This document shows, piece by piece, positions 26,201-38,979 of a stretch of 64,000 nucleotides of DNA; positions within the stretch are counted from its first letter, which is position 1; every line of letters begins with the position of its first letter. Source of the stretch: the human T2T-CHM13v2.0 reference genome, Homo sapiens; the NCBI RefSeq assembly GCF_009914755.1, contig NC_060928.1, one strand, 5' to 3'. Made by a program: the position numbers and the translations under genes. A model generated the notes under the pieces. It did no database searches. It was given only the letters and a program-made list of their open reading frames with translations, and was not told where the DNA came from.

Positions 26201-29200
26201 CCATCCTTTTGACAGAGCAGTTTTGACACACTCTTTTTGTAGAATCTGCAAGTGGATATTTGGATAGCTTTGAGGATTTCATTGGAAACGGGTTATCTTC
26301 ATATTAAATCTAGACAGAAGCATTCTCAGAAACTTCTTTGTGCTGTATGTCCTCAATTCACAGAGTTGAACCTTTGTTTGGATACAGCATTTTGGAAACA
26401 TTCCTTTAATAGAATCTGCAAGTTGATATTTAGATAGCTTTGAAGATTTCGTTGGAAACGGGAATATCTTCATAGAAAATCTAGACGGAAGCATTCTCAG
26501 AAACTGCTTTGTGATGTTTGCATTCAAGTCACAGAGTTAAATATTCTTTTACAGAGCAGGTTTGAAACACTCTTTCTGCACTCCCTGGAAGTGGAGATTT
26601 CGAGGGCTTTGAGGCCTATGGTGAAAAAGGAAATATCTTCCCATAAAAACTAGACGGAAGCCTTCTCAGAAACTTGTTTGAGATGTGTGTATTCAACTAA
26701 GAGCGTTGAACATTTCTTTTTACAGAGCAGTTTAAAAACACTCTTTTTGTGGAATCTGAAAGTGGATAATTGGATAGCTTTGTGGATTTTGTTGGAAACG
26801 GGATGATGTATAAAATCTAGAGAGAAGCATTCTCAGAAACTTCTTTCTGATGTTTGCATTCAAGTCACAGAATTGAACATTCCTTTTCATAGTGCAGGTT
26901 TGAAACACTCTTTCTGTACTATCTGGAAGTGGACATTTCAAGCGCTTTCAGGCCTATGGGGAGAAAGGAAATATCTTGAAATAAAAACTAGACAGAAGGA
27001 TTCTCAGAAACTCATTGGTGATGTGTGTCCTAAACGAACACAGTTGAACCTTTGTTTTGATACAGCATTTTGGAAACACTCCCTTTGTAGAATCTGCAGG
27101 TGGATATTTGGATAGATTTTAAGATTTCGTTGGAAACGGGAATTTCTTCATATAAACTCAAGACAGATGCAATCTCAGAAACTTCTCTGTGATGTTTGCA
27201 TTCCACTCATAGAGTTGAAAACTTCCTTTCATAGAGCAGGTTTGAAACACTCTTTTTGTAATATTTGGAAGTGGACATTTGCAGCGCTTTGAGGCCTATG
27301 GTGAAAAAGGAAATATCTTCTCATAAAAACCAGAAACAAGCATTCTCAGAAACTTCTTTTTGATGTGTGTACTCAAGTAACAGAGTTGAACCTTCCTTTT
27401 GACACAGCAGTTTTGAAACAATCTTTTTGTAGAATCTGCAAGTGGATATTTGGATAGCTTTGAGGATTTCGTTGGAAACGGGATATCTTCATATAAAATC
27501 TAGACAGAAGCACTCTCAGAAACTTCTTTGTGCTGTATGTCCTCAATTAACAGAGTTGAACCATTGCTTGGATACAGCATTTTGGAAACATTCCTTTAGT
27601 AGAATCTGCAAGTTGATATTTAGATAGATTTGAAGATTTCGTTGGAAACGGGAATATCTTCATATAAAATCTAGACGGAGGCATTCTCAGAAACTGCTTT
27701 GTGATGTTTCCATTCAAGTCACAGAGTTGAATATTCTCTTTTATAGAGCACGTTTGAAACACTCTTTCTGCACTATCTGGAAGTGGACATTTCGAGCGCT
27801 GTGATGCCTATGGTGAAAAAGGAAATATCTTCCCATAAAGACTAGACAGAAGCATTCTCAGAAACTTGTTTATGATGTGTGTATTCAACTAACAGACTTG
27901 AACTTTTGTTTTTACAGAGCAGTTTTAAGACAATCTTTTTGTGGAATCAGAAAGTGGATATTCGGATGGCTTTGAGGACTTCGTTGGAAGCGGGATTACA
28001 TATAAAATCTAGAGAGAAGCATTCTCAGGAACTACTTTGTGATGTTTGCATTGAAGTCACAGAATTGAACATTCACTTTGATAGAGCAGGTTTGAAACAC
28101 TCATTCTGTAGTATCTGGAAGCGGACAATTCAAGCGCTTTCAGGCCTATGGGGAGAAAGGAAATATCTTCAAATAAAAACTAGAGAGAAGCATCCTCAGA
28201 AACTAATATGTGATGTGTGTCCTCAACTAACAGAGTTGAAACTTTGTTTTGATACAGCATTTTGGAAACACTCTTTTTGTAGAATCTGCAGGTGGATATT
28301 TGGATAGCTTAGAGGGATTCGTTGGAAAGGGGATATCTTCATATAAAATCTAGACAGAAGCATTCTCAGAAACTTATTTGTGATGTGTGTCCTCAACTAA
28401 CAGAGTGGAACCTTGGTTTTGATACAGCATTTTGGAAACACTCCTTTTGTAGAATCTGCAGGTGGATATGTGGATAGCTTTGAAGATTTCGTTGGAAACG
28501 GGAATTTCTTCATATAAAATCAAACAGAAGCATTCTCAGAAACTTCTCTGTGATGTTTGCATTCAGCTCATGGAGTTGAACACTTCCTTTCATAGAGCAG
28601 GTTTGAAACACTCTTTCTGCACTACCAGGAAGTGGACATTTCGAGCGCTTTGAGGCCTATGGTGAAAAAGGAAATATCTTCTCATAAAAACCAGAAAGAA
28701 GCGTTCTCAGAAACTTCTTTGTGTTGTGTGTACTCATGTAACAGTGTTGAACCATCCTTTTGACAGAGCAGTTTTGACACACTCTTTTTGTAGAATCTGC
28801 AAGTGGATATTTGGATAGCTTTGAGGATTTCATTGGAAACGGGTTATCTTCATATTAAATCTAGACAGAAGCATTCTCAGAAACTTCTTTGTGCTGTATG
28901 TCCTCAATTCACAGAGTTGAACCTTTGTTTGGATACAGCATTTTGGAAACATTCCTTTAATAGAATCTGCAAGTTGATATTTAGATAGCTTTGAAGATTT
29001 CGTTGGAAACGGGAATATCTTCATAAAAAATCTAGACGGAAGCATTGTCAGAAACTGCTTTGTGATGTTTGCATTCAAGTCACAGAGTTAAATATTCTTT
29101 TACAGAGCAGGTTTGAAACACTCTTTCTGCACTCCCTGGAAGTGGAGATTTCGAGGGCTTTGAGGCCTATGGTGAAAAAGGAAATATCTTCCCATAAAAA

Positions 29201-32200
29201 CTAGACGGAAGCCTTCTCAGAAACTTGTTTGAGATGTGTGTATTCAACTAAGAGCGTTGAACATTTCTTTTTACAGAGCAGTTTAAAAACACTCTTTTTG
29301 TGGAATCTGAAAGTGGATAATTGGATAGCTTTGTGGATTTTGTTGGAAACGGGATGATGTATAAAATCTAGAGAGAAGCATTCTCAGAAACTTCTTTCTG
29401 ATGTTTGCATTCAAGTCACAGAATTGAACATTCCTTTTCATAGTGCAGGTTTGAAACACTCTTTCTGTACTATCTGGAAGTGGACATTTCAAGCGCTTTC
29501 AGGCCTATGGGGAGAAAGGAAATATCTTGAAATAAAAACTAGACAGAAGGATTCTCAGAAACTCATTGGTGATGTGTGTCCTAAACGAACACAGTTGAAC
29601 CTTTGTTTTGATACAGCATTTTGGAAACACTCCCTTTGTAGAATCTGCAGGTGGATATTTGGATAGATTTTAAGATTTCGTTGGAAACGGGAATTTCTTC
29701 ATATAAACTCAAGACAGATGCAATCTCAGAAACTTCTCTGTGATGTTTGCATTCCACTCATAGAGTTGAAAACTTCCTTTCATAGAGCAGGTTTGAAACA
29801 CTCTTTTTGTAATATTTGGAAGTGGACATTTGCAGCGCTTTGAGGCCTATGGTGAAAAAGGAAATATCTTCTCATAAAAACCAGAAACAAGCATTCTCAG
29901 AAACTTCTTTTTGATGTGTGTACTCAAGTAACAGAGTTGAACCTTCCTTTTGACACAGCAGTTTTGAAACAATCTTTTTGTAGAATCTGCAAGTGGATAT
30001 TTGGATAGCTTTGAGGATTTCGTTGGAAACGGGATATCTTCATATAAAATCTAGACAGAAGCACTCTCAGAAACTTCTTTGTGCTGTATGTCCTCAATTA
30101 ACAGAGTTGAACCATTGCTTGGATACAGCATTTTGGAAACATTCCTTTAGTAGAATCTGCAAGTTGATATTTAGATAGATTTGAAGATTTCGTTGGAAAC
30201 GGGAATATCTTCATATAAAATCTAGACGGAGGCATTCTCAGAAACTGCTTTGTGATGTTTCCATTCAAGTCACAGAGTTGAATATTCTCTTTTATAGAGC
30301 ACGTTTGAAACACTCTTTCTGCACTATCTGGAAGTGGACATTTCGAGCGCTGTGAGGCCTATGGTGAAAAAGGAAATATCTTCCCATAAAGACTAGACAG
30401 AAGCATTCTCAGAAACTTGTTTATGATGTGTGTATTCAACTAACAGACTTGAACTTTTGTTTTTACAGAGCAGTTTTAAGACAATCTTTTTGTGGAATCA
30501 GAAAGTGGATATTCGGATGGCTTTGAGGACTTCGTTGGAAGCGGGATTACATATAAAATCTAGAGAGAAGCATTCTCAGGAACTTCTTTGTGATGTTTGC
30601 ATTGAAGTCACAGAATTGAACATTCACTTTGATAGAGCAGGTTTGAAACACTCATTCTGTAGTATCTGGAAGCGGACAATTCAAGCGCTTTCAGGCCTAT
30701 GGGGAGAAAGGAAATATCTTCAAATAAAAACTAGAGAGAAGCATCCACAGAAACTTATTTGTGATGTGTGTCCTCAACTAACAGAGTTGAAACTTTGTTT
30801 TGATACAGCATTTTGGAAACACTCTTTTTGTAGAATCTGCAGGTGGATATTTGGATAGCTTAGAGGGATTCGTTGGAAAGGGGATATCTTCATATAAAAT
30901 CTAGACAGAAGCATTCTCAGAAACTTATTTGTGATGTGTGTCCTCAACTAACAGAGTGGAACCTTGGTTTTGATACAGCATTTTGGAAACACTCCTTTTG
31001 TAGAATCTGCAGGTGGATATGTGGATAGCTTTGAAGATTTCGTTGGAAACGGGAATTTCTTCATATAAAATCAAACAGAAGCATTCTCAGAAACTTCTCT
31101 GTGATGTTTGCATTCAGCTCATGGAGTTGAACACTTCCTTTCATAGAGCAGGTTTGAAATACTCTTTCTGCACTACCAGGAAGTGGACATTTCGAGCGCT
31201 TTGAGGCCTATGGTGAAAAAGGAAATATCTTCTCATAAAAACCAGAAAGAAGCGTTCTCAGAAACTTATTTGTGTTGTGTGTACTCATGTAACAGTGTTG
31301 AACCATCCTTTTGACAGAGCAGTTTTGACACACTCTTTTTGTAGAATCTGCAAGTGGATATTTGGATAGCTTTGAGGATTTCATTGGAAACGGGTTATCT
31401 TCATATTAAATCTAGACAGAAGCATTCTCAGAAACTTCTTTGTGCTGTATGTCCTCAATTCACAGAGTTGAACCTTTGTTTGGATACAGCATTTTGGAAA
31501 CATTCCTTTAATAGAATCTGCAAGTTGATATTTAGATAGCTTTGAAGATTTCGTTGGAAACGGGAATATCTTCATAAAAAATCTAGACGGAAGCATTGTC
31601 AGAAACTGCTTTGTGATGTTTGCATTCAAGTCACAGAGTTAAATATTCTTTTACAGAGCAGGTTTGAAACACTCTTTCTGCACTCCCTGGAAGTGGAGAT
31701 TTCGAGGGCTTTGAGGCCTATGGTGAAAAAGGAAATATCTTCCCATAAAAACTAGACGGAAGCCTTCTCAGAAACTTGTTTGAGATGTGTGTATTCAACT
31801 AAGAGCGTTGAACATTTCTTTTTACAGAGCAGTTTAAAAACACTCTTTTTGTGGAATCTGAAAGTGGATAATTGGATAGCTTTGTGGATTTTGTTGGAAA
31901 CGGGATGATGTATAAAATCTAGAGAGAAGCATTCTCAGAAACTTCTTTCTGATGTTTGCATTCAAGTCACAGAATTGAACATTCCTTTTCATAGTGCAGG
32001 TTTGAAACACTCTTTCTGTACTATCTGGAAGTGGACATTTCAAGCGCTTTCAGGCCTATGGGGAGAAAGGAAATATCTTGAAATAAAAACTAGACAGAAG
32101 GATTCTCAGAAACTCATTGGTGATGTGTGTCCTAAACGAACACAGTTGAACCTTTGTTTTGATACAGCATTTTGGAAACACTCCCTTTGTAGAATCTGCA

Positions 32201-35200
32201 GGTGGATATTTGGATAGATTTTAAGATTTCGTTGGAAACGGGAATTTCTTCATATAAACTCAAGACAGATGCAATCTCAGAAACTTCTCTGTGATGTTTG
32301 CATTCCACTCATAGAGTTGAAAACTTCCTTTCATAGAGCAGGTTTGAAACACTCTTTTTGTAATATTTGGAAGTGGACATTTGCAGCGCTTTGAGGCCTA
32401 TGGTGAAAAAGGAAATATCTTCTCATAAAAACCAGAAACAAGCATTCTCAGAAACTTCTTTTTGATGTGTGTACTCAAGTAACAGAGTTGAAACTTCCTT
32501 TTGACACAGCAGTTTTGAAACAATCTTTTTGTAGAATCTGCAAGTGGATATTTGGATAGCTTTGAGGATTTCGTTGGAAACGGGATATCTTCATATAAAA
32601 TCTAGACAGAAGCACTCTCAGAAACTTCTTTGTGCTGTATGTCCTCAATTAACAGAGTTGAACCATTGCTTGGATACAGCATTTTGGAAACATTCCTTTA
32701 GTAGAATCTGCAAGTTGATATTTAGATAGATTTGAAGATTTCGTTGGAAACGGGAATATCTTCATATAAAATCTAGACGGAGGCATTCTCAGAAACTGCT
32801 TTGTGATGTTTCCATTCAAGTCACAGAGTTGAATATTCTCTTTTATAGAGCACGTTTGAAACACTCTTTCTGCACTATCTGGAAGTGGACATTTCGAGCG
32901 CTGTGAGGCCTATGGTGAAAAAGGAAATATCTTCCCATAAAGACTAGACAGAAGCATTCTCAGAAACTTGTTTATGATGTGTGTATTCAACTAACAGACT
33001 TGAACTTTTGTTTTTACAGAGCAGTTTTAAGACAATCTTTTTGTGGAATCAGAAAGTGGATATTCGGATGGCTTTGAGGACTTCGTTGGAAGCGGGATTA
33101 CATATAAAATCTAGAGAGAAGCATTCTCAGGAACTTCTTTGTGATGTTTGCATTGAAGTCACAGAATTGAACATTCACTTTGATAGAGCAGGTTTGAAAC
33201 ACTCATTCTGTAGTATCTGGAAGCGGACAATTCAAGCGCTTTCAGGCCTATGGGGAGAAAGGAAATATCTTCAAATAAAAACTAGAGAGAAGCATCCACA
33301 GAAACTTATTTGTGATGTGTGTCCTCAACTAACAGAGTTGAAACTTTGTTTTGATACAGCATTTTGGAAACACTCTTTTTGTAGAATCTGCAGGTGGATA
33401 TTTGGATAGCTTAGAGGGATTCGTTGGAAAGGGGATATCTTCATATAAAATCTAGACAGAAGCATTCTCAGAAACTTATTTGTGATGTGTGTCCTCAACT
33501 AACAGAGTGGAACCTTGGTTTTGATACAGCATTTTGGAAACACTCCTTTTGTAGAATCTGCAGGTGGATATGTGGATAGCTTTGAAGATTTCGTTGGAAA
33601 CGGGAATTTCTTCATATAAAATCAAACAGAAGCATTCTCAGAAACTTCTCTGTGATGTTTGCATTCAGCTCATGGAGTTGAACACTTCCTTTCATAGAGC
33701 AGGTTTGAAACACTCTTTCTGCACTACCAGGAAGTGGACATTTCGAGCGCTTTGAGGCCTATGGTGAAAAAGGAAATATCTTCTCATAAAAACCAGAAAG
33801 AAGCGTTCTCAGAAACTTCTTTGTGTTGTGTGTACTCATGTAACAGTGTTGAACCATCCTTTTGACAGAGCAGTTTTGACACACTCTTTTTGTAGAATCT
33901 GCAAGTGGATATTTGGATAGCTTTGAGGATTTCGTTGGAAACGGGTTATCTTCATATTAAATCTAGACAGAAGCATTCTCAGAAACTTCTTTGTGCTGTA
34001 TGTCCTCAATTCACAGAGTTGAACCTTTGTTTGGATACAGCATTTTGGAAACATTCCTTTAGTAGAATCTGCAAGTTGATATTTAGATAGCTTTGAAGAT
34101 TTCGTTGGAAACGGGAATATCTTCATAAAAAATCTAGACGGAAGCATTGTCAGAAACTGCTTTGTGATGTTTGCATTCAAGTCACAGAGTTAAATATTCT
34201 TTTACAGAGCAGGTTTGAAACACTCTTTCTGCACTCCCTGGAAGTGGAGATTTCGAGCGCTTTGAGGCCTATGGTGAAAAAGGAAATATCTTCCCATAAA
34301 AACTAGACGGAAGCCTTCTCAGAAACTTGTTTGAGATGTGTGTATTCAACTAAGAGCGTTGAACATTTCTTTTTACAGAGCAGTTTTAAAACACTCTTTT
34401 TGTGGAATCTGAAAGTGGATAATTGGATAGCTTTGTGGATTTTGTTGGAAACGGGATGACGTATAAAATCTAGAGAGAAGCATTCTCAGAAACTTCTTTC
34501 TGATGTTTGCATTCAAGTCACAGAATTGAACATTCCTTTTCATAGTGCAGGTTTGAAACACTCTTTCTGTACTATCTGGAAGTGGACATTTCAAGCGCTT
34601 TCAGGCCTATGGGGAGAAAGGAAATATCTTGAAATAAAAACTAGACAGAAGGATTCTCAGAAACTCATTGGTGATGTGTGTCCTAAACGAACACAGTTGA
34701 ACCTTTGTTTTGATACAGCATTTTGGAAACACTCCCTTTGTAGAATCTGCAGGTGGATATTTGGATAGATTTTAAGATTTCGTTGGAAACGGGAATTTCT
34801 TCATATAAACTCAAGACAGATGCAATCTCAGAAACTTCTCTGTGATGTTTGCATTCCACTCATAGAGTTGAAAACTTCCTTTCATAGAGCAGGTTTGAAA
34901 CACTCTTTTTGTAATATTTGGAAGTGGACATTTGCAGCGCTTTGAGGCCTATGGTGAAAAAGGAAATATCTTCTCATAAAAACCAGAAACAAGCATTCTC
35001 AGAAACTTCTTTTTGATGTGTGTACTCAAGTAACAGAGTTGAACCTTCCTTTTGACACAGCAGTTTTGAAACAATCTTTTTGTAGAATCTGCAAGTGGAT
35101 ATTTGGATAGCTTTGAGGATTTCGTTGGAAACGGGATATCTTCATATAAAATCTAGACAGAAGCACTCTCAGAAACTTCTTTGTGCTGTATGTCCTCAAT

Positions 35201-37020
35201 TAACAGAGTTGAACCATTGCTTGGATACAGCATTTTGGAAACATTCCTTTAGTAGAATCTGCAAGTTGATATTTAGATAGATTTGAAGATTTCGTTGGAA
35301 ACGGGAATATCTTCATATAAAATCTAGACGGAGGCATTCTCAGAAACTGCTTTGTGATGTTTCCATTCAAGTCACAGAGTTGAATATTCTCTTTTATAGA
35401 GCACGTTTGAAACACTCTTTCTGCACTATCTGGAAGTGGACATTTCGAGCGCTGTGAGGCCTATGGTGAAAAAGGAAATATCTTCCCATAAAGACTAGAC
35501 AGAAGCATTCTCAGAAACTTGTTTATGATGTGTGTATTCAACTAACAGACTTGAACTTTTGTTTTTACAGAGCAGTTTTAAGACAATCTTTTTGTGGAAT
35601 CAGAAAGTGGATATTCGGATGGCTTTGAGGACTTCGTTGGAAGCGGGATTACATATAAAATCTAGAGAGAAGCATTCTCAGGAACTACTTTGTGATGTTT
35701 GCATTGAAGTCACAGAATTGAACATTCACTTTGATAGAGCAGGTTTGAAACACTCATTCTGTAGTATCTGGAAGCGGACAATTCAAGCGCTTTCAGGCCT
35801 ATGGGGAGAAAGGAAATATCTTCAAATAAAAACTAGAGAGAAGCATCCTCAGAAACTAATATGTGATGTGTGTCCTCAACTAACAGAGTTGAAACTTTGT
35901 TTTGATACAGCATTTTGGAAACACTCTTTTTGTAGAATCTGCAGGTGGATATTTGGATAGCTTAGAGGGATTCGTTGGAAAGGGGATATCTTCATATAAA
36001 ATCTAGACAGAAGCATTCTCAGAAACTTATTTGTGATGTGTGTCCTCAACTAACAGAGTGGAACCTTGGTTTTGATACAGCATTTTGGAAACACTCCTTT
36101 TGTAGAATCTGCAGGTGGATATGTGGATAGCTTTGAAGATTTCGTTGGAAACGGGAATTTCTTCATATAAAATCAAACAGAAGCATTCTCAGAAACTTCT
36201 CTGTGATGTTTGCATTCAGCTCATGGAGTTGAACACTTCCTTTCATAGAGCAGGTTTGAAACACTCTTTCTGCACTACCAGGAAGTGGACATTTCGAGCG
36301 CTTTGAGGCCTATGGTGAAAAAGGAAATATCTTCTCATAAAAACCAGAAAGAAGCGTTCTCAGAAACTTCTTTGTGTTGTGTGTACTCATGTAACAGTGT
36401 TGAACCATCCTTTTGACAGAGCAGTTTTGACACACTCTTTTTGTAGAATCTGCAAGTGGATATTTGGATAGCTTTGAGGATTTCATTGGAAACGGGTTAT
36501 CTTCATATTAAATCTAGACAGAAGCATTCTCAGAAACTTCTTTGTGCTGTATGTCCTCAATTCACAGAGTTGAACCTTTGTTTGGATACAGCATTTTGGA
36601 AACATTCCTTTAGTAGAATCTGCAAGTTGATATTTAGATAGCTTTGAAGATTTCGTTGGAAACGGGAATATCTTCATAAAAAATCTAGACGGAAGCATTG
36701 TCAGAAACTGCTTTGTGATGTTTGCATTCAAGTCACAGAGTTAAATATTCTTTTACAGATCAGGTTTGAAACACTCTTTCTGCAATCCCCGGAAGTGGAG
36801 ATTTCGAGGGCTTTGAGGCCTATGGTGAAAAAGGAAATATCTTCCCATAAAAACTAGACGGAAGCCTTCTCAGAAACTTGTTTGAGATGTGTGTATTCAA
36901 CTAAGAGCGTTGAACATTTCTTTTTACAGAGCAGTTTAAAAACACTCTTTTTGTGGAATCTGAAAGTGGATAATTGGATAGCTTTGTGGATTTTGTTGGA
37001 AACGGGATGATGTATAAAAT
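8300..37020 (+). repeat. HOR haplotype block B (CENP-B-box-reduced)
   Basis: Linked variants TTCATTGG, TTCGAGGGC, CAGTTTAAAA, TTTGTTGG and GATGATG occur in 10 of 12 consecutive units. Confidence 0.88.
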
Positions 37021-38979
37021 CTAGAGAGAAGCATTCTCAGAAACTTCTTTCTGATGTTTGCATTCAAGTCACAGAATTGAACATTCCTTTTCATAGTGCA
37101 GGTTTGAAACACTCTTTCTGTACTATCTGGAAGTGGACATTTCAAGCGCTTTCAGGCCTATGGGGAGAAAGGAAATATCTTGAAATAAAAACTAGACAGA
37201 AGGATTCTCAGAAACTCATTGGTGATGTGTGTCCTAAACGAACACAGTTGAACCTTTGTTTTGATACAGCATTTTGGAAACACTCCCTTTGTAGAATCTG
37301 CAGGTGGATATTTGGATAGATTTTAAGATTTCGTTGGAAACGGGAATTTCTTCATATAAACTCAAGACAGATGCAATCTCAGAAACTTCTCTGTGATGTT
37401 TGCATTCCACTCATAGAGTTGAAAACTTCCTTTCATAGAGCAGGTTTGAAACACTCTTTTTGTAATATTTGGAAGTGGACATTTGCAGCGCTTTGAGGCC
37501 TATGGTGAAAAAGGAAATATCTTCTCATAAAAACCAGAAACAAGCATTCTCAGAAACTTCTTTTTGATGTGTGTACTCAAGTAACAGAGTTGAACCTTCC
37601 TTTTGACACAGCAGTTTTGAAACAATCTTTTTGTAGAATCTGCAAGTGGATATTTGGATAGCTTTGAGGATTTCGTTGGAAACGGGATATCTTCATATAA
37701 AATCTAGACAGAAGCATTCTCAGAAACTTCTTTGTGCTGTATGTCCTCAATTAACAGAGTTGAAATATTGCTTGGATACAGCATTTTGGAAACATTCCTT
37801 CAGTAGAATCTGCAAGTTGATATTTAGATAGATTTGAAGATTTCGTTGGAAACGGGAATATCTTCATATAAAATCTAGACGGAGGCATTCTCAGAAACTG
37901 CTTTGTGATGTTTCCATTCAAGTCACAGAGTTGAATATTCTCTTTTATAGAGCACGTTTGAAACACTCTTTCTGCACTATCTGGAAGTGGACATTTCGAG
38001 CGCTGTGAGGCCTATGGTGAAAAAGGAAATATCTTCCCATAAAGACTAGACAGAAGCATTCTCAGAAACTTGTTTATGATGTGTGTATTCAACTAACAGA
38101 CTTGAACTTTTGTTTTTACAGAGCAGTTTTAAGACAATCTTTTTGTGGAATCAGAAAGTGGATATTCGGATGGCTTTGAGGACTTCGTTGGAAGCGGGAT
38201 TACATATAAAATCTAGAGAGAAGCATTCTCAGGAACTACTTTGTGATGTTTGCATTGAAGTCACAGAATTGAACATTCACTTTGATAGAGCAGGTTTGAA
38301 ACACTCATTCTGTAGTATCTGGAAGCGGACAATTCAAGCGCTTTCAGGCCTATGGGGAGAAAGGAAATATCTTCAAATAAAAACTAGAGAGAAGCATCCT
38401 CAGAAACTAATATGTGATGTGTGTCCTCAACTAACAGAGTTGAAACTTTGTTTTGATACAGCATTTTGGAAACACTCTTTTTGTAGAATCTGCAGGTGGA
38501 TATTTGGATAGCTTAGAGGGATTCGTTGGAAAGGGGATATCTTCATATAAAATCTAGACAGAAGCATTCTCAGAAACTTATTTGTGATGTGTGTCCTCAA
38601 CTAACAGAGTGGAACCTTGGTTTTGATACAGCATTTTGGAAACACTCCTTTTGTAGAATCTGCAGGTGGATATGTGGATAGCTTTGAAGATTTCGTTGGA
38701 AACGGGAATTTCTTCATATAAAATCAAACAGAAGCATTCTCAGAAACTTCTCTGTGATGTTTGCATTCAGCTCATGGAGTTGAACACTTCCTTTCATAGA
38801 GCAGGTTTGAAACACTCTTTCTGCACTACCAGGAAGTGGACATTTCGAGCGCTTTGAGGCCTATGGTGAAAAAGGAAATATCTTCTCATAAAAACCAGAA
38901 AGAAGCGTTCTCAGAAACTTCTTTGTGTTGTGTGTACTCATGTAACAGTGTTGAACCATCCTTTTGACAGAGCAGTTTT

